A stretch of 64,000 nt of DNA from positions 16,849-80,848 of the forward strand of contig JASJPE010000014.1 in NCBI GenBank assembly GCA_031426895.1, in the 5' to 3' direction. The notes beneath the pieces are model-generated. The model made no database searches. It was not told where the DNA came from and saw only the letters and a program-made list of their open reading frames with translations. This document shows positions 1 to 8,596 of this stretch, piece by piece. Within the stretch, counting starts at the first letter, position 1. Each line of letters opens with the position of its first letter. The position numbers and the translations under genes are program-made. The DNA comes from Thiobacillus sp. (lineage in GTDB: Bacteria; Pseudomonadota; Gammaproteobacteria; Burkholderiales; Thiobacillaceae).

Positions 1-320
1 AGCTCACCAACAAGAAAACGTTTTCCAATGCGTCGCTCAAAAAGCTGTACCAGGACAACTACGAGCTGGTGTATGTCGATGCCGAATCGGGAAAGCGGTT
101 GACGCTGCCAAGCGGCGAGCGCATCACCGAGGCTGAACTCGGGGTTCGCCTGCAGGCATTCGCCACGCCGTTGTTCGTGTACCTGACGCCACAGGGTGAC
201 AAGATCATGCAGATACCAGGCTTCAAGACGGTGCAGGATTTTCGTGACTATGACCGCTATGTGCGTGGCGGGCATTACCAGCAAAAAACCCTGCTTGAAT
301 TTCTGGGGGGCAAGTCGTGA
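1..320 (+). CDS. thioredoxin-fold protein, C-terminal part (5' end lies outside the window)
   Basis: The frame is open from position 3 to the stop at 318-320. The C-terminal part (ATPLFVYLTPQGDKI...GHYQQKTLLEFL) aligns by eye with the C-terminus of the CxxC thioredoxin-fold ORF at 22286-22792 (ATPTMLFFDLDGKL...GAYATQSFTKY). The CxxC region would lie upstream of the window. Confidence 0.6.
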   Translation, partial: LTNKKTFSNASLKKLYQDNYELVYVDAESGKRLTLPSGERITEAELGVRLQAFATPLFVYLTPQGDKIMQIPGFKTVQDFRDYDRYVRGGHYQQKTLLEFLGGKS

Positions 321-1504
321 GGCCGGTGGTCTGGCTGTTGATGGTGTTGGCGTGGCCGGCGCAGGCTGCGTGGACATGGAGCGAGGCGCTGACCGTCAAC
401 TCGGTTCAGGGCGCAGCGATTTTCCCTCATCTGGAATCGGCCAATCGTCAGGGTGTCGCGGTGTCGGACGATACCGTGGGCGTGGTGTGGGAAGACAATC
501 GTGATGGTGGCCCGCAGTGTTATCTGTCGATCAAGCCAGCAAGTGCAACCGCATTTCCACCGGAAATTCGATTGAGCCAATCCGAGTGTTACGAACCTGT
601 GGTGGTGGCGCTGGGTGCTGGGCGATTTGTCGCGGCATGGGAAGAGGCCGGGAAAGTGTATGCGCGAGTGCTGCCAGACGGCGTGGCGATCCGGTTGAGC
701 CAAGCCGAGTCCGCACAGGTTACGCTGGCCGCAGACGCAGGAAAGCTCTATGCAGCATGGGCCGAGCAGGCGGGAAAGTTTCGACGGATTGTCGTTGCAC
801 AACTGGCGTTGACCGCGGATGGTCTGAGTGTCCGTTTTGCTCAGCCTGTGGAAGCACGGGCGCCGAAAGATGGGCAGAGTTGGCCGGCATTGGCCGTGGC
901 AGGAGATGGCAGCGTGACCGTGGCATGGGAAGACCGCCGTGCCCGCCATACTGTGCCGATGGTGAGTCACAGCCGCGATGGCCGCAGCTTTACGAAGCCC
1001 GCTCGCCTGAGCGATGAAAAAAGTGAAAGTGTGGATGGCCTGGGCGCAGGCAGCGGTGCGATGCGAACGACCCTGAGCGCGTGGGGCAAACAGGGTGTGG
1101 CGGCAGCATGGCTCGACAAGCGCGATTTCCTCGCCGGCTATGATGTCTATGCGGTGCTGGATGGAGGAAAGCGCCGCTTTGGCCGCAACCTCGTGGTGCA
1201 GGACAGCTTTGGCGACAGCATGACGCAATGGCATGCGCAAATTGTTGGCCATCGTCACGGCCGGTTGCTGGCCGTGTGGGACGATGCGCGCGACGGCACG
1301 CCGGATGTCTGGCTGGCGGATTGGAATGGCAAGGCGTTTGGCAACAACGAAGGGGTGCCAGCGGCTTCCGGCCCGGGCGCACAGTCAGACCCGGTGGCAA
1401 CGCTGGATGCCGCAGAGCGATTGCATCTGGTGTGGCTGGATCGCGATGAACAGGGCGTGACGCGAATTCGCTATGCGCGAGGCGAATGTGGCTTGGGTGT
1501 GTGA
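317..1504 (+). CDS. exported repeat protein, probably a beta-propeller (BNR/sialidase-like)
   Basis: GTG start overlaps the upstream stop (GTGA). N-terminal signal peptide VLAWPAQAAW. Seven spaced repeats of a hydrophobic-W-[ELD]-[DE] motif: VVWEDNRDG, AAWEEAGK, AAWAEQAGK, VAWEDRRAR, AAWLDKRDF, AVWDDARDG, LVWLDRDEQG. One Asp-box-like SRDGRSF. Confidence 0.6.
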   Translation: MRPVVWLLMVLAWPAQAAWTWSEALTVNSVQGAAIFPHLESANRQGVAVSDDTVGVVWEDNRDGGPQCYLSIKPASATAFPPEIRLSQSECYEPVVVALGAGRFVAAWEEAGKVYARVLPDGVAIRLSQAESAQVTLAADAGKLYAAWAEQAGKFRRIVVAQLALTADGLSVRFAQPVEARAPKDGQSWPALAVAGDGSVTVAWEDRRARHTVPMVSHSRDGRSFTKPARLSDEKSESVDGLGAGSGAMRTTLSAWGKQGVAAAWLDKRDFLAGYDVYAVLDGGKRRFGRNLVVQDSFGDSMTQWHAQIVGHRHGRLLAVWDDARDGTPDVWLADWNGKAFGNNEGVPAASGPGAQSDPVATLDAAERLHLVWLDRDEQGVTRIRYARGECGLGV

Positions 1505-1513
1505 CGGGGTGCT

Positions 1514-2503
1514 TTAAATCCAGCCGCGGCGTTTAAGGCGTCGGTACAACACCAGCATACTCGCACCGGTCAGCAGCAACAGGCTGTGATACGCCCACGG
1601 CCATTTCAGTTCGGGCATGTCCACAAAGTTCATGCCGTACAGACTGAATACCACGGTCGGCAAGGCCAGCAGGGCACCCCATCCGGCCAGTTTTTGCACC
1701 GATTCATTTTGCTTGATTGACAGGGTGGCCAGATGAAACTGCATCGCGTCCGAGGTCGAGATGCGCAGCCGGTCGATGGCAGCCGACACCCGTATAGCAT
1801 GGTCGTGAATATCACGGTAATACGCCTTGAGTTCCTTGATCGATAACGCCGGATGCAGGCGAATCAGGTTCTGCGTGATCTCCTGCATCGGCTCGGCGAT
1901 GTCGCGAAGCGCGGTCAAATCCCGCTTCATGGCGTAGAGTTGTTTCAGCACGTCGCGCTCCGGCTTCGGGCTGCCGATCATCAGGTTTTCCAGCGACTGG
2001 AAGCGATCCTGCATGCCTTCGATTACCGGCCTGAATTGATCGACAATGAGATCAAGCAGCAGATATAACGCGTAAGGTGGAGCAGCCTTGATGCCGTCAG
2101 GGCAGCGTTGCAGCCGATCAATCACACGCTGGTAGCCGCTACCGCTGCCATGGCGAATCGCGGCGACGAAATTGCTGCCGACAAACATATGCGTCTCGCC
2201 AAACTCCAGGTGCGATTCCCACAACTGGGCGGTACGTGTGGCAATGAACACGTGGCCTTCATATTCTTCGAGCTTGGAACGCTGGTGGGTGGAGATCGCA
2301 TCTTCCAGTGCCAGCGCATGTAATCCCAGTTCATCACCAAGACGCGTGATGGTCTGGCTATCGGGGGATTTCAGCTCGATCCAGATGAAGCGGTCGGCTT
2401 GGCCGACGTGCTCACTGATGTCGTCAAAGGCCAGGGTCTGGACGTTTGCGTCCTGGAATAGCAGACAGTTGATGATGGCTCCTGATAAAGGCGGGAAGAT
2501 CAA
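1514..2503 (-). CDS. corA: CorA family magnesium/cobalt transporter
   Basis: 329 aa. C-terminal two-TM region carries the CorA signature YGMNF (LYGMNFVDMPELKW). Length and cytoplasmic N-domain are typical. Confidence 0.9.
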   Translation of the reverse strand: MIFPPLSGAIINCLLFQDANVQTLAFDDISEHVGQADRFIWIELKSPDSQTITRLGDELGLHALALEDAISTHQRSKLEEYEGHVFIATRTAQLWESHLEFGETHMFVGSNFVAAIRHGSGSGYQRVIDRLQRCPDGIKAAPPYALYLLLDLIVDQFRPVIEGMQDRFQSLENLMIGSPKPERDVLKQLYAMKRDLTALRDIAEPMQEITQNLIRLHPALSIKELKAYYRDIHDHAIRVSAAIDRLRISTSDAMQFHLATLSIKQNESVQKLAGWGALLALPTVVFSLYGMNFVDMPELKWPWAYHSLLLLTGASMLVLYRRLKRRGWI

Positions 2504-2557
2504 TCGCTGATTTTAGACTGGAATGCTGATCCTGTTTCCGGTTGTTTTGCCATGACC

Positions 2558-3664
2558 TCAACTTGAAGTCCTGTCAGTGAGCTGATTGCGCAAGTCGTCG
2601 TATAGCGCGGTATAGGCAGCCACGATGGCGGTTTCGGAGTATTGGCTGTTCACTTCGCTGTAGCCTGCTTCGATCAGCTGTGACTTGTGAGCACCATCCA
2701 GCGTCAACGCCTTGTTCAGTACTTCAGCCAGGCCCGTCGCATCGGATAGCGGCGCCAGCAGACCATTCACCTCATCCTGCATTAATTCCAGCGGACCCTG
2801 TGAGCGGGTAGACACGATCAGTGCCTGGTTGGCCCAGGCCTCCAGAATGACATTGCCGAGCGGCTCATGCACCGATGCGCAGACAAACACATCGGCCAGT
2901 TGGTAATACGGTGCGGGATCGGTTTGCCAGCCGGCCCAATGCACACGCGCCGCAATCCCCAGTTGATCGGCTAATTGCGTGAGTTCCGCGCGCAAGGGGC
3001 CATCGCCCACCATCAACAGATGCAGCGGCCTCCCCTGTTGCTCAGCGGGCAAGCGGGCAAAGGCGTGCAGCAAATTGCTCCAGCCCTTGTTGGGGTGCAG
3101 GCGCCCAAGGCCGAGCACAATGCGGCAACCATTCAGACCCAGCTGCTGGCGGAGCGCATCGAGCGCTGCTTCGGTTTGACGCTCGGGCGTGTCGACAAAG
3201 TTTCCGATGGTGTGGGCGTGAGCGGCAGGTAGACCTTGAGTCGTCAGGTACTCGCGGATACCCCGTGTGTTGCCGACCCAGGCGTGGGCATGGCGATAGC
3301 CCTTGAGGTTGTAAAACCCACCCAGGCGCGCCAGATGCACCGGGCGTTGGCCACGGGGCAAGTGCACGATACGCGTGGCCCGGCCCATGTAGGTTTGTAC
3401 GATGTCAGGTTGGAAGTCAGCAATAGCGCGGTTGATGGCCCAGCGCGAGTAGAGATCCCAGACTCCCAGCATCGGCGCGTGATAGTGGCGCACTGTCGGG
3501 TCAATGGCGCGGGCAATTTCGCCGCCAGCCACGGTGATGGCAGCAACGGGCTGGCCGTGGCGTGCCAGCGCATTCACCAGCCGGATGAAAAAACGCTCGG
3601 CCCCCCCCAGGCCCTTGCCGCCGATAACGTGCAGGGTGCGTGGTGGTGTGGCTGTGCCGCTCAA
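2558..3664 (-). CDS. glycosyltransferase family 4 (GT1-fold), probably LPS or exopolysaccharide related
   Basis: 368 aa. N-terminal GGKGLGGAERF motif and a C-terminal EPLGNVILEA-type E-x7-E region typical of GT4 enzymes. The TTG start overlaps the stop of the upstream phosphomannomutase gene (TTGA). Confidence 0.8.
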   Translation of the reverse strand: MSGTATPPRTLHVIGGKGLGGAERFFIRLVNALARHGQPVAAITVAGGEIARAIDPTVRHYHAPMLGVWDLYSRWAINRAIADFQPDIVQTYMGRATRIVHLPRGQRPVHLARLGGFYNLKGYRHAHAWVGNTRGIREYLTTQGLPAAHAHTIGNFVDTPERQTEAALDALRQQLGLNGCRIVLGLGRLHPNKGWSNLLHAFARLPAEQQGRPLHLLMVGDGPLRAELTQLADQLGIAARVHWAGWQTDPAPYYQLADVFVCASVHEPLGNVILEAWANQALIVSTRSQGPLELMQDEVNGLLAPLSDATGLAEVLNKALTLDGAHKSQLIEAGYSEVNSQYSETAIVAAYTALYDDLRNQLTDRTSS

Positions 3665-5034
3665 AATGGCAGCGTGAGCGTGGGTGCAGACTGGTGGAGT
3701 ACGCGGCGGAAATCAGCCTGGATTCTTTCCAGAGCCTCGGTGTTGTCCGCTTCAAATCGCAGCACAATCACTGGCGTGGTGTTGGATGGCCGGGCTAAAC
3801 CGAATCCGTCGGTGTATTCCACGCGCAGGCCATCAAGCGTGATGATTTCCTTGGCGTCGGGAAAGTATGCATTCTTCTGCAACGTGTCCATCAGCGTGTA
3901 ATGCTCGCCTTCCGCCATCTTGATGTTGAGCTCGGGTGTATTCACCGTATCGGGCAGGCCGTGCAGGGTAGCGTTGATGTCGGCCTGCTTGCTCAGGTAT
4001 TCGAGCAGGCGTGCACCGGCATACAGGCCATCGTCAAAACCGAACCAGCGTTCTTTGAAGAACACGTGGCCGGACATTTCACCCGCCAGCAGCGCACCGG
4101 TTTCCTTCATCTTGGCCTTGATGAAGCTGTGCCCGGTTTTCCACAACAAGGGTTTGCCGCCGCGTTCGCGAATCCAGCTGAACAGGTTGCGGGTGGATTT
4201 CACGTCAAAAATGATTTCGGCGCCGGGATTGCGGCTGAGTACATCGTCGGCGAACAGCATCAACTGGCGGTCGGGGAAAATGATCGTGCCGTCCTTGGTC
4301 ACAACGCCCAGGCGGTCGCCGTCGCCGTCAAAGGCGAGGCCGATTTCGGCATCGCTGGTTTTCAGTGCGGCCATCAGGTCCTGCAGGTTTTTGGGCTGTG
4401 AGGGGTCGGGGTGATGGTTGGGAAAGTTGCCATCGACTTCGCAGAACAATTCTTCAACCTGGCAGCCCATGTCGCGATAGAGCTTGGGTGCAAACGCGCC
4501 GGCCACGCCGTTGCCGCAGTCGATGATGATTTTCATCGGACGGGTGAGCTTTACGTCGGAGACGATGCGTGTGAGGTATTCACCGGCGATGTCGTGCTGA
4601 CGGTAGCCGCCGCTGCCATTGACCAGATCATTATTCACCAGGCGTTCACGCAGCTTCTGGATTGTGTCACCCGACAGGGTTTCACCGCCGAGCACCATTT
4701 TCAGGCCGTTGTAGTCGGGTGGGTTGTGGCTGCCCGTGACCATCACCGCACTGTTGGTGTTGAGCTGATAGGCCGCAAAATAGGTCATGGGGGTGGCGAC
4801 CATGCCGAGATCGACTACCCCGATACCCGCTTTCTGGATGCCACGCGCCAAGGCGGCTGCCATGTCCGGGCCGGATAAACGGCCGTCACGACCGATACAG
4901 ATTTCTTTTTGCCCACGTGCGACCGCTTCAGAACCAATAGCGTGGCCGATTCCCTCGACAATTTCCTCTGTGAAGGTTTTGCCGACGATGCCGCGAATGT
5001 CGTAGGCCTTGAAAATTTCCTTGGGGTATTCCAC
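3661..5034 (-). CDS. phosphomannomutase/phosphoglucomutase (alpha-D-phosphohexomutase family)
   Basis: 457 aa. Active-site serine loop TGSHNPPDYNG, metal loop FDGDGDR and sugar loop GEMSGH are all present. Confidence 0.92.
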   Translation of the reverse strand: MEYPKEIFKAYDIRGIVGKTFTEEIVEGIGHAIGSEAVARGQKEICIGRDGRLSGPDMAAALARGIQKAGIGVVDLGMVATPMTYFAAYQLNTNSAVMVTGSHNPPDYNGLKMVLGGETLSGDTIQKLRERLVNNDLVNGSGGYRQHDIAGEYLTRIVSDVKLTRPMKIIIDCGNGVAGAFAPKLYRDMGCQVEELFCEVDGNFPNHHPDPSQPKNLQDLMAALKTSDAEIGLAFDGDGDRLGVVTKDGTIIFPDRQLMLFADDVLSRNPGAEIIFDVKSTRNLFSWIRERGGKPLLWKTGHSFIKAKMKETGALLAGEMSGHVFFKERWFGFDDGLYAGARLLEYLSKQADINATLHGLPDTVNTPELNIKMAEGEHYTLMDTLQKNAYFPDAKEIITLDGLRVEYTDGFGLARPSNTTPVIVLRFEADNTEALERIQADFRRVLHQSAPTLTLPF

Positions 5035-5065
5035 AGCACGCTCCCTGAATAGTGATGCATCGATT

Positions 5066-6055
5066 CTACCGCGCCCGGTTGTCGAAATGCTGCATCAGCC
5101 GCCGCGGCAGCCAGTCGAGGTTGCCGGGAAAGGGGCCGGCGGGAAAGGCCACATGGCCTCCGCCCGCAGGTTGTTCGAGCGTGACAGCAGATGAAACGTC
5201 TGCAGATGTGGGCAATGCCGAAGCGGGAAAAAAGGGATCATTTTTCGCGTTGATGATCAGTGTGGGGACGGTGATCGATTTCAACAGAGGCCTGGATGAG
5301 ACCTTGAGCCAGTAATCGTCGGCATCACGAAAGCCGTGCAACCGGGCGGTGACCAGCGTGTCAAATTCACGGAACGTGGTGGAAGCCGCAATGGCTCTGG
5401 CATCCAGCGTGCCGGGGAATTGGGCTGCTTTTTTCAGTGCTTTCTGTTTCAGCGTGGCAAGAAAGCGGGCGGTATAGACGAGTCGATTAAAGCCCCGGTC
5501 GAGCGTGTTTCCTGCCACAGTGAGATCGACCGGCGCCGAAACAGCGGCAGCATGACTGACCAATCGGTGCGCTGCATCAGCTTGTTCACCCAGCCATTTC
5601 AGTAATGCGTTTCCGCCGAGCGAGATGCCAACCGCGTAAATCGGTGAAGAGGGCTGATGTGATTTGAGATGATTCAGAATACGATCAATATCTTCGCTGT
5701 CACCTGCAAAATAGGCGCGCGGGAGCCGGTTGTCTTCGCCCGAACAGCCGCGAAAATGTGCCACGGCACCATGCCAGTCGCGCGCCCGAACGGTCGCCAT
5801 CAGATTGCGTGCGTAATGACTGTCTGCGCTGCCTTCCAGTCCGTGGAACAGGACGACCGTGGGCGTGCCGGCTTGCCCGTTTATCCAGTCGATATCCAGA
5901 AAATCACCATCTGGTAGTTCCAGCCGCTCGCGTCGGTAATCGATCGCGGGGGCACGAATAAACAGACTGGAGTAGATGGTTTGCAGGTGGCCGCCGGGCA
6001 ACCAGACAGGAGCGTGGTATGCCGGTTTTTCTGAGGCGAAGGCGTTTTCCGCCAT
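5066..6055 (-). CDS. alpha/beta-fold hydrolase, YheT-like
   Basis: 329 aa. GHLQT near the N-terminus, HGLEGS oxyanion region, nucleophile elbow GISLGGN, and a C-terminal GGH motif. Confidence 0.8.
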   Translation of the reverse strand: MAENAFASEKPAYHAPVWLPGGHLQTIYSSLFIRAPAIDYRRERLELPDGDFLDIDWINGQAGTPTVVLFHGLEGSADSHYARNLMATVRARDWHGAVAHFRGCSGEDNRLPRAYFAGDSEDIDRILNHLKSHQPSSPIYAVGISLGGNALLKWLGEQADAAHRLVSHAAAVSAPVDLTVAGNTLDRGFNRLVYTARFLATLKQKALKKAAQFPGTLDARAIAASTTFREFDTLVTARLHGFRDADDYWLKVSSRPLLKSITVPTLIINAKNDPFFPASALPTSADVSSAVTLEQPAGGGHVAFPAGPFPGNLDWLPRRLMQHFDNRAR

Positions 6056-6058
6056 GCC

Positions 6059-6227
6059 CTAGTATGACAACCCATAAGTTTCGCTATGTTCGACGCGCTC
6101 CGCATCGCCGATTGCTTTGTCGCTCATCCTCGCCATAGAACGACTATGGCTGCGGTTCGCTTCGCGCACTCGGCGCGCGGATGCGCGTCTCGGCATGTAC
6201 GCAAACTGATGAGTTGTCGTACTAGTG
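6059..6227. mobile_element. 169-bp MITE-like element with terminal inverted repeats, copy 1
   Basis: Matches 38750-38918 over 169 nt with 4 mismatches and no indels. Ends are CTAGTA[T/C]GACAACCCAT ... ATG[A/G]GTTG[T/C]CGTACTAG (about 17-nt inverted repeats). Central hairpin GCCATAG-aacga-CTATGGC. No plausible ORF inside. Confidence 0.85.
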
Positions 6228-6647
6228 CAAAACAATGTTGGGTATGTGCGCGGGTGGCGTGCCGCCGACATGAAGCGGTGAGGCATGGTGCAGGATCATG
6301 TGCCAGCCTTCCGAACCCTTGCGGTACACGTTGGTGGCGAGTATCGGTGGGCGAGGTTCGGTTTCCTGTCCGATAGTCAGGTATTCACGCACGATGCGGA
6401 TCACCTGATTCGGGTTACGCATGTCATGCGCGACTTCAACCAGAATCTGGAATTGCCCTGCCGCTTCAAACATGCTGTTCCAGCCTGCGGCTACTGCTGC
6501 GTGTCCATTGAGCGGTGCCGCGAGGGGGTGGATGCAGGCGATGCTTTCATCATTGGCCCAGACAGCCATCATGCTGTCGAGGTTGCAGGTCTCGAAGGCA
6601 GCATAGAAGGCAGTTTCGGCAGATTCGGGAGAGGGGAAGCGCATCAC
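6222..6647 (-). CDS. SnoaL-like / NTF2-fold (DUF4440-like) protein
   Basis: 141 aa. N-terminal pattern ...ETAFYAAFETCNLDSMMAVWANDESIACIHP...G..AV...W is typical of NTF2-like/ketosteroid-isomerase-like small proteins. The last codon and TAG stop lie inside the 169-bp repeat. Confidence 0.65.
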   Translation of the reverse strand: MMRFPSPESAETAFYAAFETCNLDSMMAVWANDESIACIHPLAAPLNGHAAVAAGWNSMFEAAGQFQILVEVAHDMRNPNQVIRIVREYLTIGQETEPRPPILATNVYRKGSEGWHMILHHASPLHVGGTPPAHIPNIVLH

Positions 6648-6929
6648 TCAGGCCAGGGAAATCGGTTAACTGGATAAGGTCCAGTGATCGTGTGCAACCA
6701 GTTTGGCGCAATGCATTGCGCCAGCGAGCGGTATTTATTGATTCGGCCTGATGAAGTTTGAAGTGATATTGAAGGCCGATTTGCCCGGCTATATAAAACA
6801 GTGCGGGAGGCCGAATCAATAACCATTAAAAACAGCGTTCTATTGAGGCGGCTCAACGGGCTGACCCACTCAAGACGACGCGAGAAACACTTTACGGGTT
6901 CAAACATTACCAAGCCGTCTCAATAGGGA

Positions 6930-6983
6930 ATCACCGAGTCTGTCGAGCCACAGGGTGAACCAACTTGTTCCGTGTCTCCTTAA
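6930..6983. repeat. degenerate partial copy of the TAAGGAG-ended repeat family
   Basis: GAGTCTGTCGAGCCACAGGG resembles the GAGCCTGTCGAAGCACAGCC core at 19281-19299. The terminal CTTGTTCCGTGTCTCCTTAA resembles the right ends at 16740-16759 and 25949-25968. The left boundary is not identifiable. Confidence 0.5.
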
Positions 6984-7180
6984 TGCCCGCCCCCGCTGGG
7001 CTGGCCCTTCAAGCGATACAGCGTGCCGCAATACGGGCACAGCGCTTCTCCACGCGTAACCGGAAGGTACACGCGCGGATGGGAATTCCAGTCGGCATGC
7101 CGGGGCATCGGGCAGTGCAGAGGCAGGTCATACTCGGTAACTTCGATGACGCGCTGGGTATTGTCTTGCCGCTCGCTCAT
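6980..7180 (-). CDS. small zinc-finger (CHCC-type) domain protein
   Basis: 66 aa from MSERQD. HCP...CPYCG arrangement. Sits 11 nt downstream of ilvE on the same strand. The track ORF extends to 7246, but that extension would overlap ilvE. Confidence 0.65.
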   Translation of the reverse strand: MSERQDNTQRVIEVTEYDLPLHCPMPRHADWNSHPRVYLPVTRGEALCPYCGTLYRLKGQPSGGGH

Positions 7181-7191
7181 GCTGATCTCGC

Positions 7192-8115
7192 TTATTTGAC
7201 CGGAGTAATCCAGTCGAGGTGGCGGGCGGCACGGCCGTGCACGCAATCGAAATACATCGCCTGCAGTTTCGCCGTAAGCGGACCACGCGTGCCTTCTCCA
7301 ATCGCCCGGTTGTCGAGTTCGCGAATCGGCGTGACTTCAGCCGCGGTACCGGTGAAGAAAGCTTCGTCGGCCGAATACACTTCATCGCGGGTGATGCGCT
7401 TTTCAACCAGTTGCAGGCCGATTTCGTCAGCCAGCTGGATGATGGTGTCGCGGGTGATGCCTTCCAGCGCGCTGGTCAGGTCTGGTGTGTAGAGTTTGCC
7501 GTTGCGGATGATGAACACGTTTTCGCCCGAGCCTTCGGCCACAAAACCATCGACGTCCAGCAGCAGGGCTTCGTCGTAGCCATCCATCTCGGCTTCCTTG
7601 TGCGCGAGGATGGAGTTCATGTAGTTGCCATTGGCCTTGGCCTTGCACATGGTGATGTTGACGTGGTGGCGCGAAAACGAGCTGGTCTTGACGCGAATGC
7701 CGCGGTCCAGCGCTTCTTGCCCCAGATACGTGCCCCATGGCCAGGCGGCGACGATGACGTGCACTGACAGGTTCTTGGCCGAAATACCCATGGCTTCGGA
7801 ACCGAAAAAAGCCATTGGACGCAGGTAGCCGGATTCGAGCTTGTTCTCGCGCACCACGGTACGCTGCGCCTCGGAAATCGTCGCCTTGTCGAACGGCAGT
7901 TTCATGCCGAGGATGTGAGCGGAGCGGAACAGCCGGTCGGTGTGTTCCTGCAGGCGGAAAATCGCCGTGCCCTGCTCGGCCTTGTAAGCACGTACTCCCT
8001 CGAAGACGCCCATGCCGTAATGCAGGGTGTGGGTGAGGACGTGGGTGGTGGCGTCGCGCCAGGGAACGAGTTTGCCGTCGTACCAGATGACGCCATCGCG
8101 GTCGGCCATGGACAT
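7192..8115 (-). CDS. ilvE: branched-chain amino acid aminotransferase
   Basis: 307 aa. N-terminus MSMADRDGVIWYDGKLVPW..A...VLTHTLHYG.GVFEG.R and C-terminal ...ADE.F.TGTAAEVTPI are characteristic of class IV IlvE. Confidence 0.95.
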   Translation of the reverse strand: MSMADRDGVIWYDGKLVPWRDATTHVLTHTLHYGMGVFEGVRAYKAEQGTAIFRLQEHTDRLFRSAHILGMKLPFDKATISEAQRTVVRENKLESGYLRPMAFFGSEAMGISAKNLSVHVIVAAWPWGTYLGQEALDRGIRVKTSSFSRHHVNITMCKAKANGNYMNSILAHKEAEMDGYDEALLLDVDGFVAEGSGENVFIIRNGKLYTPDLTSALEGITRDTIIQLADEIGLQLVEKRITRDEVYSADEAFFTGTAAEVTPIRELDNRAIGEGTRGPLTAKLQAMYFDCVHGRAARHLDWITPVK

Positions 8116-8272
8116 GGTGGAAAATCTCTTTGCGTATGTAAAGCCGGAATTTTACCGGATTCCGGGCGTGGGCGACGAGCTGTAATGGTGTGATGGTCTA
8201 AAGCGTGATCGCAGCCGTCCACATCGCGTGAACAACGTCATACGTCCGGACTTCAGGGAATCGGGAACTGGA

Positions 8273-8596
8273 TTACAGGTAAGCCTTGGCTTCTTCGCCC
8301 GGGTTCGGCAAGCCTGCCACCCGCCATACTTCACGGGGGTTGGGGAACAGATGCTGCATGCAGTTGGCGCTTTGCCCGGTCAGGTGACAGACGTGGCTCA
8401 ATGCCATGACCGTGCCAAATTTTGAATACTCACGCCGCAGGGCGTGCAACAAGCTAATTTGCAGTTCACTTAACTCACCCAAGCCGTCATTCCGGGCGAT
8501 TCTGTCGGCCAGACTTTCACTCCACATGGTCGGATCAATCAGGAACCCATCAGCGTCAAAAATAGCCGGGCTGGGCACACTATCTAGCGTATGCAT
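8273..8596 (-). CDS. TusE/DsrC/DsvC family protein lacking the C-terminal cysteine
   Basis: 107 aa. FDADGFLIDPTMWSE start motif and LFPNP...AGLPNP near the end match the family. The terminus is GEEAKAYL instead of the usual P-x-x-C-[VI]. Confidence 0.7.
   Translation of the reverse strand: MHTLDSVPSPAIFDADGFLIDPTMWSESLADRIARNDGLGELSELQISLLHALRREYSKFGTVMALSHVCHLTGQSANCMQHLFPNPREVWRVAGLPNPGEEAKAYL

Noticed and set aside
275-1258. 327-aa minus-strand ORF opposite the repeat-protein gene
   Set aside because: The product is Arg/His/Cys-rich and lacks a signal or domain logic. The plus-strand frame has a signal peptide and a regular repeat architecture.
6086-6376. Plus-strand ORF starting inside the 169-bp element. 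Its twin lies at 38777-39082, and the minus-strand twins lie at 6059-6286 and 38750-39043.
   Set aside because: The shared peptide segments exist only because the DNA repeat is duplicated. The ORFs run out of the element into unrelated sequence, or into antisense of real genes, so they are not genes.
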